DNA of 64,000 nucleotides from an uncultured Acidobacteriota bacterium (GTDB lineage: Bacteria; Acidobacteriota; Thermoanaerobaculia; UBA5066; Gp7-AA6): contig CAVXRK010000011.1 in the NCBI GenBank assembly GCA_963764025.1, positions 320,999 through 384,998 of the forward strand, in the 5' to 3' direction. Shown piece after piece: positions 54,250-64,000 of this stretch; position 1 is the first letter of the stretch, and every line of letters starts with the position of its first letter. Under the pieces are notes generated by a model. That model was given only the letters and a program-made list of their open reading frames with translations, was not told the origin of the DNA and did not search any database. The translations under genes and the position numbers were made by a program.

Positions 54250-56160
54250 TCAGTCGCGGCCGGCGCGCACCTGCTCCCGCATGGCCTGCCAGGCCTGCCG
54301 GGCTTCGTCGACCGAGCCGCCGTCCTCGATCGTCGTGATGTCGCCGGGCTCCATGTCGAGCGTGACGGCCTTGAGAACGCGGCGCATGATCTTTCCGCTC
54401 CGCGTCTTCGGCAGCGAGTTGACGAAGTTCAGGTCTCCGATGACGGCGACCGGCCCGAGCTCGCGGCGGATCGTGGCGAGGATGTCCTGCCGCAGCCCCT
54501 CCGACGATTCGTGCCCCTGCCGGAGCACGACGAACGCCGAGATGACCTCTCCCCGAAGCTCATCCGGACGGCCCGTCACGCCCGCTTCCGCGACCGCCGG
54601 ATTCTGGAGGCAGGCCGTCTCGACCTCGATCGTCCCGATGCGATGCCCGGCGATCTTGATGATCTCGTCGGCCCGGCCGGCGAACCAGACGTAGCCGTCC
54701 CCGTCGATGTGGGCGGAGTCGCCGGTCGAGTACACGCCGGGGATGCGCTCCCAGTAGTCGCGTCCGTACCGTTCGGGTTCCCCCCACAGGGACGCGGTCA
54801 GTCCCGGGAAAGGCCGCCGGATCACCATGATCCCCTTCTCGTCCGGCGCGCAGGGCGCGCCGTCGGCGGTCACGATGGCCGCATCGATCCCCGGAAGCGC
54901 GACCGTGGCCGAGCCCGGCTTGATCGGCAGCATCGCGAGCCCGTACGGATTGCCGAAGACCGGGCCGGCCGTCTCGGTCTGCCACATGTGATCGATGACC
55001 GGGACGCGTCCGCGAAAGACCTTCTCCTGCAGCCACTCCCAGGCCGGGGCGTTCAGGACTTCGCCCGCGCAGAAGACGCGCTCGAGGCGGGAGAGATCGT
55101 GCCGGTGCGCCGGGGCCTCCCCGTACCGCATCAGCAGCCGCACCGCGGTCGGGGACGTGAACATGCCGGTCACGCCGAAGTCCTCGACGAGCTTCCAGAC
55201 GGTTTCCGGATCCGGATGGTCGATCGCGCCCTCGTAGGCGAGCGTCGTGCACCCCGCGAGCAGCGGCGCATAGACGATGTAGCTGTGCCCGACGATCCAG
55301 CCGATGTCCGAGGTCGACCACCACACATCGCCCGGGCGCAGGCCGAAACACCAGCGCGCCATGCTCGCGATGTGGACGGCGTAGCCGCCGTGCGTGTGCA
55401 CCGCCAGCTTCGGCTTGGCCGTCGTGCCCGAGGTCGCCAGGATGAACGCCGGCTCGTTGGACTCCATCTCGACGTGCTCGCCCGTGTGCCCGCGGCCCTT
55501 TTCCAGGAAGTCTTCCCACGTCACGTCGCGGCCCGGGGTCATGGCGACCGCGCCGCCGCGGCTCCAGACCACGACCCGCTCGACGGCATGATTTCCGCCC
55601 GCCAGGGCCTGGTCGACGATCTCCTTGAGCCCCACGTCCTTGCCCTTCCGGAAGGTCTTGTCGGCGGTGAAAACGGCCTTCGAGCCGCTCGCCCGGATGC
55701 GGTCCCCCAGGGCGCCGGAGCCGAATCCGGCGAAGACGACGACGTGGATCGCGCCGATCCGGACGGCCGCGAGCATCAGCACGATGGCTTCGGGACACGT
55801 CGGCATGTAAATGGTGATCCGGTCGCCCTTGCCGACCCCCATGCCCCGGAGGGCCGCGGCGACGCGCTCGACCTCCGAGAGCAGCTGGGCGTACGTGAAT
55901 ACCCGCCGTTCTCCGCGCTCGTTCAAGCCGACGAGGGCCGCGTGCCCTCCCCGCCCGCGGTTCACGTGGTGATCGAGCGCGTTCCACGCGAGGTTGGTCC
56001 GGCCGCCCACGAACCAGCGAAAGGTGGGAGGCTCCCAGACCAGGGTCTTCTCCCACGGCCGGAACCAGGGTAGCTCGCGGGCCGCCCGGGCCCAGAATGC
56101 CTCCGGATCCGCGGTGCCGTCGCCGAGCCAGCGGCGCACGATCGGGTTGATGAGATTCAT
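54250..56160 (-). CDS. acyl-CoA synthetase, ACS family (propionate/acetate--CoA ligase-like)
   Basis: FRWFVGGRTNLAWNALDHH. ATSGTTAKPKL. WWSTSDIGWIVGHSYIVYAP. WQTETAG. PKTRSGKIMRR. Confidence 0.85.
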   Translation of the reverse strand: MNLINPIVRRWLGDGTADPEAFWARAARELPWFRPWEKTLVWEPPTFRWFVGGRTNLAWNALDHHVNRGRGGHAALVGLNERGERRVFTYAQLLSEVERVAAALRGMGVGKGDRITIYMPTCPEAIVLMLAAVRIGAIHVVVFAGFGSGALGDRIRASGSKAVFTADKTFRKGKDVGLKEIVDQALAGGNHAVERVVVWSRGGAVAMTPGRDVTWEDFLEKGRGHTGEHVEMESNEPAFILATSGTTAKPKLAVHTHGGYAVHIASMARWCFGLRPGDVWWSTSDIGWIVGHSYIVYAPLLAGCTTLAYEGAIDHPDPETVWKLVEDFGVTGMFTSPTAVRLLMRYGEAPAHRHDLSRLERVFCAGEVLNAPAWEWLQEKVFRGRVPVIDHMWQTETAGPVFGNPYGLAMLPIKPGSATVALPGIDAAIVTADGAPCAPDEKGIMVIRRPFPGLTASLWGEPERYGRDYWERIPGVYSTGDSAHIDGDGYVWFAGRADEIIKIAGHRIGTIEVETACLQNPAVAEAGVTGRPDELRGEVISAFVVLRQGHESSEGLRQDILATIRRELGPVAVIGDLNFVNSLPKTRSGKIMRRVLKAVTLDMEPGDITTIEDGGSVDEARQAWQAMREQVRAGRD

Positions 56161-56353
56161 CGCCCCTCCTTCGAAACGCCCGTTTCGCGGCGTTTTGCAG
56201 CCGACGAAATGCTACTTTACGGCGCCCGGCCGCCCCTGATGCACTTGCGTCATGCGGCCCGTCTCCCGGGCCGGTTCCGTATCGCCGGCGGCCGCCCCTC
56301 GAGCAGCCCCCGCGAGAACTCAGGTTCACTGTATCGTGATCCGATATTCGCGC

Positions 56354-56382
56354 TTGACAAGAGACACCGCGAGGACTTGAAT
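56354..56382 (+). promoter_or_regulatory. candidate sigma70 promoter (TTGACA-N17-TTGAAT) upstream of fdnG
   Basis: A perfect -35 with a weak -10, about 50 nt before the fdnG ATG. Confidence 0.25.
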
Positions 56383-56431
56383 CGCTTCTGGACGTGCTCT
56401 TTCCCGGGAGGCGATCCCGAAAGGAGGGGCC

Positions 56432-59400
56432 ATGGAGGTCACGCGTCGAGGGTTCCTGAAGGCCACCGGTCTCGGAACCACCATCGCCCTCGGGTTCGAC
56501 GTCTCCACGGCGCGGGCCGAAATGCGGGAGCTCAAGGTCTCCCGCACCACCGAGACGCGAAGTACCTGCCCCTACTGCGCCGTCTCCTGCGGGATGATCA
56601 TTCATACGCTCGGAGACAAGGCCAAGAACGCGACGCCCGCCGTCGTGTACGTCGAGGGAGACCCGGACCATCCCATCAATCGAGGCACCCTCTGCCCCAA
56701 GGGGGCGACCGTCAAGGACGACATCAACAGCAAGACCCGCCTGATGAAGCCGCAGGTCCGGCGGCCGGGCTCGGACAAGTGGGAGGACATCTCCTGGGAC
56801 GAGGCGATCGCCAAGATCGCCCGCCACATCAAGGACACCCGCGACAAGAACTTCGTCGGCAAGAACGCCAAGGGTCAGGTCGTGAACCGCAATCCGGGCA
56901 TGGCCATGATCGGCGGCTGCACGGATACGACCGAATTCAACTACCTCTACTGGAAGTCCGCGTCGGCCTGGGGGGTGCCGTACCGCGATACCCAGGCCCG
57001 GGTTTGACACGGCCCCACGGTGGCCAGTCTGGCCGCCACGTTCGGTCGGGGGGCGATGACGAATGGATGGGTCGACATCAAGAATGCCGACGTCGTCCTG
57101 TGCATGGGCGGCAACCCCGCCGAGAACCATCCCTGCGGATTCAAGTGGGCCATCGAGGCCAAGAAGACCCGTAACGCAAAGCTCGTCGCGGTCGATCCGC
57201 GCTTCACACGGACGGCGGCCGTCGCGGACCTCTACTCCCCGATCCGCACGGGAACCGACATCGCCTACCTTCTCGGCATCATCCGCTACGCGATCGCGAA
57301 CAACCGGTACCACGAGGAGTACGTCAAGACTCTTCACGAACGCGCCGCTGTCTGATCAATCCACGAGTTCAAGTTCGACGAGGGGCTCTTCTCCGGTTTC
57401 GACGAGGCGGCCGGCAGCTACAAGCGCGACACCTGGGCCTACCAGCTCGACCCGAAGACGGGATTCGCGAAGACGGACCCGACGCTCCAGGACCCGCAAC
57501 TGCGTCTTCCAGCTGCTTAAGAAGCACGTCGACCGGTACACGCCGGAGATGGTCGAGAAGATCTGCGGGACACCCGAAGGAGACGTTCCTGAAGGTGGCC
57601 GAGGTCGTGACGTCGACCGGCAACGCCGCGCGATGCGGCACGATCATGTACGCGCTCGGCTGGACGCAGCACTCGATCGGCGTGCAGATGATCCGGACGG
57701 CCGCGATGCTGCAGCTCCTGCTCGGCAACGTCGGGCGGCCCGGCGGCGGCGTCAACGCGCTCCGCGGCCACTCCAACATCCAGGGGGCGACCGACACCGC
57801 CGGCGTCTTCGACATTCTCCCCGGCTACCTCAAGACGCCGCAGGCCCAGTGGCAGACCCTCAAGGAGTACGGAAGCGACGCCAACGTGCCCCAAGCCCCT
57901 CGGCCCCTCCATGAACTACTGGCAGAACTACCCGAAGTTCATGGCCTCGGTCCTCAAGGCCTGCTACGGCAAGGCGGCCACGAAGGAGAACGAGTTCGGC
58001 TACGGGTGGCTGCCCAAGATCGACGGGAACTACTCCTGGATGTACATCTTCGACGACATGTACCGCGGCAACTCGACTCGCGCCGGCGGGCAGGAGCCGG
58101 GCCCCGAGGGCCTCATGACGTTCGGGATGAACCCGGTCGGGATCGGCCCGAATTCGCCGAAGATGGTCGCCGCGCATGCAAAGCTGAAGTGGCTCGTCGT
58201 CGTCGAGAATCACGAGGTCGAGACCGCGACCTTCTGGCGGGCTCCGAAGGAGTACGGCGCGCCGGATCCCTCGAAGATCCAGACCGAGGTCTTCCAGCTT
58301 CCCGCATCCAATTTCGCCGAGAAGGACGGGTCCTTCACCAACTCCGCGCGCTGGATCCAGTGGAAGTGGAAGGCCGTCGATCCCCCGGGACAGGTCAAGA
58401 CCGACCAGGAGATCCTGGCGCGCATCTTCCTCGCGGTGCGCGAGCTCTACCGGAAGGAGGGCGGCGCGTTCCCGAGGCCGTGCTCAACGTGGACTGGAGC
58501 TACACGAACCCGGCGGCGCCGGACCTGCCGAAATCCTGAAGGAGCTCAACGGCAGGGCCCTCGCCGACATCCCGGACCCGAAGGACAAGACGAAGGTCTC
58601 AAGACCGCCGGGCAGCAGCTCGACGGCTTCGGCCAGCTCCAGGACGACGGCTCGACGATGTGCGGCAACTGGCTGATGTCGGGCGTCTACACGGAAGCCG
58701 GGCAACATGGCGCAGCGCCGCGTACTCGACCGACGACCCGAGCGGCCTCGGCATGTTCCACAACTGGACCTTCTCCTGGCCGGCCAATCGCCGCGTGATG
58801 TACAACCGCGCGTCGGCCGACGCCGAAGGCAAGCCCTGGGACCCGACACGCGTCGGGATCAAAGTGGAACGGCCGAAGTGGGTCGGCGACGTCCCCGACA
58901 TGAAGCCGGATGCGCCCCCGGGGACGTTCGGGGCTTTCATCATGCTGCCCGAGGGCTCGGCCGCCTGTATCGCGCCGGCCTGAACGACGGCCCCTTCCCG
59001 GAACACTACGAGGCGGTCGAAGCGCCGGTCGCAAAACCTCCTTCATCCGAAGGTCACGTCCAACCCGGCTCCAAGAAATTCAAGTCGGACAAGGACGTCT
59101 ACGGAAACGCCGCGGACTTCCCGATCGTCTGCACGACCTACCGGCTGACCGAGATGTACCACTACTGGACGAAGCACATCAATCGCCTCAACCAGCTGCA
59201 GCCCGGGTTCTTCATCGAGATTCCGGAGGCGCTCGCCAAGGAGAAGGGCATCGTCAACGGAGGCAAGGCGCGGGTCACCTCCGCGCGCGGCTCGATCGAA
59301 GGGGTCGCCATGGTCACCAAGCGCATGCGCCCCCTCCAGATCGACGGCAAGCAGCACTGGCAGATCGGCTTCCCCCTCCACTGGGGCTACGAGGCAACGG

Positions 59401-59507
59401 CCGACCACACCGGCCCGCTGGCGAATTTCCTGACGCCGTCGGCCATGGACCCGAACACGTGGACCCCCGAATACAAGACCTTCCTCGTCAAGCTCGAGAA
59501 GGCGTGA
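56432..59507 (+). CDS. fdnG: formate dehydrogenase alpha subunit (FdnG/FdoG-type, periplasmic, Tat-exported) with an in-frame UGA selenocysteine; several apparent frameshifts
   Basis: Tat motif RRGFLKATG. 4Fe-4S CPYCAVSCG. RDTQARV-[TGA at 57005]-HGPTVASLAATFGRGAMTN collinear with E. coli FdnG around Sec196. Remaining blocks (ALGWTQHSIGVQ, NALRGHSNIQGATD, CTTYRLTEMYHYWTKH, TPEYKTFLVKLEKA*) lie in alternating frames. Confidence 0.85.
57008..57050 (+). promoter_or_regulatory. SECIS element (selenocysteine insertion stem-loop) immediately 3' of the UGA
   Basis: CACGGCCCCACGGTGGCCAGTCTGGCCGCCACGTTCGGTCGG parallels E. coli fdhF CACGGCCCATCGGTTGCAGGTCTGCACCAATCGGTCGG. Stem GGTGGCCA/TGGCCGCC with loop GTC. 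Confidence 0.7.
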
Positions 59508-59520
59508 AGGGAGGAGCGCG

Positions 59521-60405
59521 ATGAGCACACAAGCCCTCGACATTCGCCGCTCCTCGGCGTCCGTCCTCGGCAGCCGGTCGGGGCTGCGAACGGCGACGAC
59601 GGTTTCCAAGTACATCGATACCTCGACGTGCATCGGCTGCAAGGCCTGCGAGGTCGCCTGCCAGGAGTGGAACGATCTCAAGATCGTCCCGACGCAGCAG
59701 ACCGGGACCTACCAGACGCTGCCGACCCTTCACCCCGACTACTGGAACCTGATCCGCTTCAACGAGCGCGACTTCGACGGCGGCATCGTCTGGCTGATGC
59801 GCAAGGACCAGTGCATGCACTGCGACGAGCCGGGCTGCCTCGCGGCCTGCCCCGCGCCCGGCGCGATCGTCCAGTACGCCAACGGCATCGTCGACGTCAA
59901 CGCCGACCAGTGCATCGGCTGCGGCTACTGCGAAACGGGCTGCCCGTTCGACGTGCCGCGCTTCTCCGCGACGACCGGCAAGATGTCGAAGTGCACTCTC
60001 TGCGTCGATCGCGTCTCCGTCGGCCTCGAGCCGGCCTGCATCAAGGCCTGCCCCACCGGCTGCCTGCACTTCGGAACCAAGGAGGACATGGTCGCCCTCG
60101 GCCGGCACCGCGTGGATCAGCTGAAGGCCGGAGGGTTCACCCACGCCGTGCTCTACGACCCGCCCGGCGTCGGCGGCACGACCGTCGTGACCGTTCTGGC
60201 GCATGGTGACCGGCCCGACTGGTACGACCTTCCCGCGGATCCGCACGTGCCCTGGGGTGTGAAGCTGTGGAAGAAGGTCGTGCGACCGCTCGGCGTCATC
60301 GCGGTCTTCGGCGCCGTCATCGGCGCCTTCGGGCACTACATGAACCACGGACGGAAGGGTGTCCAGGGCGCCGACACGCACGACGCCAACCTTCCCGAGG
60401 CATAG
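59521..60405 (+). CDS. fdnH: formate dehydrogenase beta (iron-sulfur) subunit
   Basis: Four ferredoxin-like Cys clusters (CIGCKACEVAC, CMHCDEPGC, CIGCGYCETGC, CTLCVDR...CIKACP) and a C-terminal TM anchor. Confidence 0.9.
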   Translation: MSTQALDIRRSSASVLGSRSGLRTATTVSKYIDTSTCIGCKACEVACQEWNDLKIVPTQQTGTYQTLPTLHPDYWNLIRFNERDFDGGIVWLMRKDQCMHCDEPGCLAACPAPGAIVQYANGIVDVNADQCIGCGYCETGCPFDVPRFSATTGKMSKCTLCVDRVSVGLEPACIKACPTGCLHFGTKEDMVALGRHRVDQLKAGGFTHAVLYDPPGVGGTTVVTVLAHGDRPDWYDLPADPHVPWGVKLWKKVVRPLGVIAVFGAVIGAFGHYMNHGRKGVQGADTHDANLPEA

Positions 60406-60414
60406 GAGGATCGC

Positions 60415-61116
60415 ATGAGCACCGCCGCACCGTCCCGCCGGCCCATGGATCCCGCCGTCCTCGTGGCGCGCGACAAGGAAGACGTCCTCGTCGGGAACGA
60501 GATCATCCGTCACAAGCTCTCCTCGCGCGTCATCCACTGGATCGTCGCCGTGACGTTCTTCGGGTGCCTCTTCACGGGAATGCCGATCTGGACTCCGGTC
60601 TTCGGCTGGATGGCATCTCTCTTCGGCGGCCTGACCGTCTGCCGGGTCATCCACCCCTGGCTGGGAATCGCGTTCTTCATCGCGGTCCTGGTCGAGACGA
60701 TCGACTGGGCCTCGGACATGAAGTTCGAGCCGCAGGAGCGGGGATGGTGGGGACCGAAGCTCATCCGCTACATGCGCTGGGAGGTCGAGGACGAGGAGGT
60801 CGGGAAGTACAACGGAGGTCAGAAGTTCTTCTTCTGGTCCATGGGGCTCGGCGCCCTCGGGCTGCTCCTGTCCGGCCTGCTGATGTGGTTTCCCCGCAGC
60901 TTTCCGCGGATCCTGATGGAGTTTGCGTTTCTGCTCCACGACGTCACCTTCATCCTGTTCGTCGTGGCCATCGTGTTTCACGTCTATCTCGGCACGTCGG
61001 CGGAACCGGGCACCTTCCGTTCGATGACCCGCGGCACGGTCACCAAGAAATGGGCGCGCCTCCACCACTCCCGGTGGTACCGCGAAGTGATGGGTGAAGA
61101 GCCCCGTCGCCCGTAG
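60415..61116 (+). CDS. fdnI: formate dehydrogenase gamma subunit (cytochrome b556)
   Basis: 4 TMs with heme-ligand His (RVIHWIVA, HPWLG, HDVTF, HVYLG). NrfD/FdnI-like. Confidence 0.85.
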   Translation: MSTAAPSRRPMDPAVLVARDKEDVLVGNEIIRHKLSSRVIHWIVAVTFFGCLFTGMPIWTPVFGWMASLFGGLTVCRVIHPWLGIAFFIAVLVETIDWASDMKFEPQERGWWGPKLIRYMRWEVEDEEVGKYNGGQKFFFWSMGLGALGLLLSGLLMWFPRSFPRILMEFAFLLHDVTFILFVVAIVFHVYLGTSAEPGTFRSMTRGTVTKKWARLHHSRWYREVMGEEPRRP

Positions 61117-61912
61117 CCTCTCCGGGGTGGCTTCCGAGTTCGAGCGCCGCGCGGCCCGCGCGGAGACGCTGGCGCGCATCGCCGGCGCCCCGCGCGACCC
61201 GCTCGAGTTCGCGGCCGGACTCTTCCGCGCCCAGGCGCGCGTGGCGGCCGCCCTCGAGGACCTGCACGCCGACGACCCTCTCTCGGGTCGCCTGGCCGAG
61301 GACGCCGAGCGCCTCGGCGCGCAGGCCGCGGTCGTCCTCCGTTATGCCGCCGAGTGCGGTCCTCCCGGACTCGCAGCCGACGCGCTCTCCCGCCGGGAGG
61401 ACACGGCCTCCACGGCCCGGACGCGGATGCTCGTCTGGTGGGAGGGCGGCCCGCCCGCGCGGGAGGACTACCTGTCGCGCGCGATGCTGCGCCCGTACGT
61501 CGCGGTCCTGCGGACGCTCGGCATCGCTCCCGACCGCATCCACCGTCGGGGCGCGTGTCCCTACTGCGCCGGCGCGCCGTCGGCGGCGGCGCGCCGCGAG
61601 GGCTCGCTGATGGAGGGAGCGAAGCGCATGCTGGTATGCGCGCTTTGCGGAGACGAGTGGTCCTTCGGCCGCATCCTGTGCCCGTGTTGCCTCGAGGAGA
61701 ATCCCGAGCGGCTCCCGTCCTTTTCGGCGTCCGCGCACCCCACCGTGCGGATCGAGGCGTGCGAGACGTGCCGTCGCTACGTCAAGTCGATCGACCTGTC
61801 CGAAGACGCCCGCCCGATTCCCGAAGTCGACGACCTCCTCTCCCTCTCGATGGACCTCTGGGCCCGCGAGCAGGGCTTCGAGCGAATCGAGCCGGGAATC
61901 GCGGGACTCTGA
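61094..61912 (+). CDS. fdhE: formate dehydrogenase accessory protein FdhE
   Basis: Four CxxC pairs (CPYC, CALC, CPCC, CETC) spaced as in FdhE. Overlaps fdnI. Confidence 0.8.
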   Translation: MKSPVARSLSGVASEFERRAARAETLARIAGAPRDPLEFAAGLFRAQARVAAALEDLHADDPLSGRLAEDAERLGAQAAVVLRYAAECGPPGLAADALSRREDTASTARTRMLVWWEGGPPAREDYLSRAMLRPYVAVLRTLGIAPDRIHRRGACPYCAGAPSAAARREGSLMEGAKRMLVCALCGDEWSFGRILCPCCLEENPERLPSFSASAHPTVRIEACETCRRYVKSIDLSEDARPIPEVDDLLSLSMDLWAREQGFERIEPGIAGL

Positions 61913-61926
61913 CGTGGAGGACGCGC

Positions 61927-62360
61927 TCGCGCTCCTCAATGCGGACGCAGGCCGCCCTGCGCGACCGCTTCGACGACTTTCACCGGGCCTTCGAACGCCG
62001 CGACGAGGCCGCGTACCGCATGGCCCTCGCGGATTTTCACGACTGGCTGTGCCGCTGGACCGCCGCCGAGGAGAACGCCCTCCTCCCGGCCTTGCGGCGC
62101 GCCCGCCTGCCCGACCGCGACCCCCAGCGCGAGCTCAAGCTCGAGTACGTTCAGCTCCGGGAGCTGACCCGCCACACGCGCGAGCAAATCGAGGCCCGCG
62201 CCCGGATGTCCGACATTCTCGGCCTGATCGAGAATCTCTCCCGGCGCTTCGACGCGCACGAGCGGGGAAATCTCGACGTGTATTACCCGGCCGCGGCACC
62301 CCTTCTGACGCCGGCGGAACGCGAGATCGCTGGAGGAGGCGGCGCCCGCCGCCTGACGCG
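61927..62360 (+). CDS. hemerythrin-like (HHE cation-binding) domain protein; 3' end uncertain
   Basis: FDDFHRAFERRDEAAYRMALADFHDWLCRWTAAEENALLPALR...RFDAHERGNLDVYYPA pattern of H/E ligands. The frame stays open beyond 62360, so there is a likely indel near the end. Confidence 0.4.
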
Positions 62361-62362
62361 CC

Positions 62363-63339
62363 CTAGCCGAGCTGCGGCATGTCCATCGCGACGGCGGCCT
62401 CGTTCGACGGCCGCAGCGCCGCGTAGGCACCCGCCAGGCGGTCCTGCGTCCAGCCGAGAAAGATTCCGTCTCCCCGGTAGGCGGCCGCGCCCGGACCGAG
62501 CTCCACCAACGCGATCGTGCCGGCCCCTTCGTCGGCGCCCACCGTCAGCCGCCATGCCGAGAGCGTGACGGACGCTTCGCGGGAGCGGATCGGGAATCGA
62601 TCGAGGGCGAGGCCGCGAGGATTCGTCAACCCTTCGACGATCGTTCCCGCGGGCCCGGTCAAGGCCGCGCCTTGCAGGAGAAGATCTGGGCGCGGTCGTC
62701 GGTCCGGAGGATCAGATCGCCACCCACTTGCACGGCTTCGCGGGCGCACGGCCCGGACGTCTCCCCGTTCTCGTCCCTGCAGGCGTCGGCGCCGGCGACG
62801 TCGCCGAGATAGACGCAGCCCTTCGCCGCACCCCGGTCCGCGGTGATGCGGACCCGGGCGCCGGGCGGCGTCTCCATCGGTGGCGTGCCCGGAGTCGGCT
62901 CGGGCATCGGGGCCGTCGACGGAGGAGCCGGGAGCGTCGCGGACGGTCGAGGAGCCGTCACGGTCGGCGTTGGTTCCGTGGGCGTGGCGGGAGGGGCCTT
63001 CGCGGAACCCGTTCCGTGCCCCGAGCAATCGTAGGCCTCCCCGACCGGTCCGTTCATCAGAAGCGTGTCACCGCCCGCGAGTCGGACCTGATATCTCAGA
63101 CATTCCTCGAACGTCGGCTGCACGGTCAGGCCGCAGCCTCTCTGCGAATCACGCGAATCGACTCCCCGGATGAGCCGACAGGCGGCGACGTCCCCGCGAT
63201 TGGTCGTCACCCTCACGTCCCAGATCGAGCTGGTCGCCTGGTACGTCTGCTTGTAGTCGGTGCAGCCCGAAACGACAGCGAGTGCGGCGAATACCGCGAG
63301 CGCCGAAACCGCGCCGGTTCGGAGCCGTCTCCCGCTCGA
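62363..63339 (-). CDS. Cys-containing lipoprotein with a Pro/Thr-rich linker; probable frameshift near 62660 joining two ORFs
   Basis: GTG start. Signal RRLRTGAVSALAVFAALAVVSGC (lipobox). Two Cys-containing domains separated by PPATPTEPTPTVTAPRPSATLPAPPSTAPMPEPTPGTPP. The downstream frame (LTGPAGTIVEGLTNPRGLALD...) runs to the stop at 62363. Confidence 0.45.
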
Positions 63340-63428
63340 ATGAAACGACGGACGCACTCCTCCAAGCGTATCAAGTTGAGCCTTCGCCGCAACGGTCGAC
63401 CCGCCTGCCCCGCCGGCGCGACCGCCGA

Positions 63429-63890
63429 TCAGCCGCCGGCGTTGCGTCGCCGGGAGGAGGCCACGAGCCGCTCGCTCGTCACGAGGGCCCTCCGGTGGGT
63501 GGCCCGGCCGATCTCGCCCCCGCCATCGCGCGCGACGACCTCGAACCGATGGAGCTTGCCCTCGCGCCCCACGTAGCGCGCGGTCGCCGTCACCCGGGCG
63601 CCTTCGGGGGTCGCCGCCGAGTGCGTCACGTCGACGGTCACGCCGACCGAGAGCTCGCCGGGGCCGAGAAACGGCCGGAGCACGCGCGCGGCGGCGAGCT
63701 CCATGAGGGCTACCATCCGCGCCGTCGCGAGGACCGGCGGGAAAGCGTCCTCCGGACCCAGCCTCAAGGCGCTGGCGAGGTCGGAGGCCGCAACGACGAG
63801 CTCCACCGACGCCGTCGCGCCGATCTCGGGTGCCGCGCCCTCCGCCGTCGGCGGCGGCGGCGGCGGGATTTCCGCGCGACGTCATGCCCC
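63429..63890 (-). CDS. hotdog-fold thioesterase family protein; one shift in a GGG run near 63850
   Basis: AAGGAGGGGG SD + ATG (MTSRGNPAAAADGGG), then after the shift AAPEIGATASVELVVAASDLASAL...FPPVLATARMVALMELAAARVL...GVTVDVTHSAATPEGARVTATARYVGREGKLHRFEVVARDGGGEIGRATHRRALV. Confidence 0.65.
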
Positions 63891-64000
63891 CTCCTTCTCG
63901 ACGAAACGGTAGAAGGAGGCCCCCCGGACGTTCTCGTCGATCCCGAGCTTGCGGTGGATGGGCGGGAACGCGCGCTGGTCGCAGTCCATGCGCTCGCACA
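63888..64000 (-). CDS. C-terminal fragment of an unidentified protein running off the window end
   Basis: ...MDCDQRAFPPIHRKLGIDENVRGASFYRFVEKEGA*. The stop overlaps the thioesterase ATG (ATGA). Confidence 0.3.

Overview
This is a roughly 70% GC bacterial chromosomal window. Many spurious antisense ORFs in the six-frame track were discarded; genes were called from recognisable protein motifs. Many genes show ±1 frameshifts at G/C homopolymer runs. This is most likely an assembly or sequencing artefact, so calls of 'pseudogene' are provisional.

Gene content, left to right:
- Glycogen debranching enzyme N-terminus (partial), followed by a REP doublet.
- VOC/glyoxalase, GMC oxidoreductase, and a frameshifted aquaporin.
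- A thiol/redox-stress module: a tandem-CMD/AhpD-like protein, an ECF sigma factor with its ZAS anti-sigma, and a second CMD protein.
- A second ZAS-like ORF that appears to run via a 1-nt shift into a GAF-PAS-GAF sigma54 activator.
- A STAS protein whose stop overlaps the start of a second ECF sigma factor.
- A REP-associated tyrosine transposase (RAYT) flanked by REP doublets.
- Two adjacent bufferin-like RiPP operons on the minus strand (12.4-20.3 kb). Each has a Sec-signal, Cys-rich precursor, a DUF692 MNIO oxidase and a DUF2063 partner. One precursor is a 12-Cys tandem duplication; the other is DUF2282-like. The region also carries an S8 subtilase with a CBM48 domain, a periplasmic alpha/beta hydrolase and a DUF336 HbpS-like protein.
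- A degraded block: two tandem gluconolactonase genes, a cupin and a second DUF336 gene, all multiply frameshifted.
- A ZAS/STAS divergent pair, then a triple-GAF HlyD adaptor, a site-2-protease-like M50 peptidase and a second HlyD-like gene.
- A gene with a 27-nt tandem coding repeat, a strong SD and a terminator hairpin. It sits behind a sigma54 promoter with a UAS, next to a sensor-less histidine kinase and a sigma54 response regulator.
- A membrane fusion protein, then a small ORF followed by a DGQHR (DndB-like) protein.
- LemA and an HtpX M48 protease.
- A small zinc-ribbon protein, an Hsp15-like S4 protein, an EAL phosphodiesterase and a GT39-like glycosyltransferase.
- An acetate module: acs, divergent from a cNMP-CBS-DUF294 gene, followed by a DEDD exonuclease, a CPA antiporter, yjcH and actP.
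- A four-gene sugar ABC transporter and a porin.
- A second acyl-CoA synthetase.
- A selenocysteine formate dehydrogenase operon (fdnG, fdnH, fdnI, fdhE) with an E. coli fdhF-like SECIS.
- A hemerythrin-like gene, a lipoprotein and a hotdog thioesterase.

No rRNA, tRNA or CRISPR was found.
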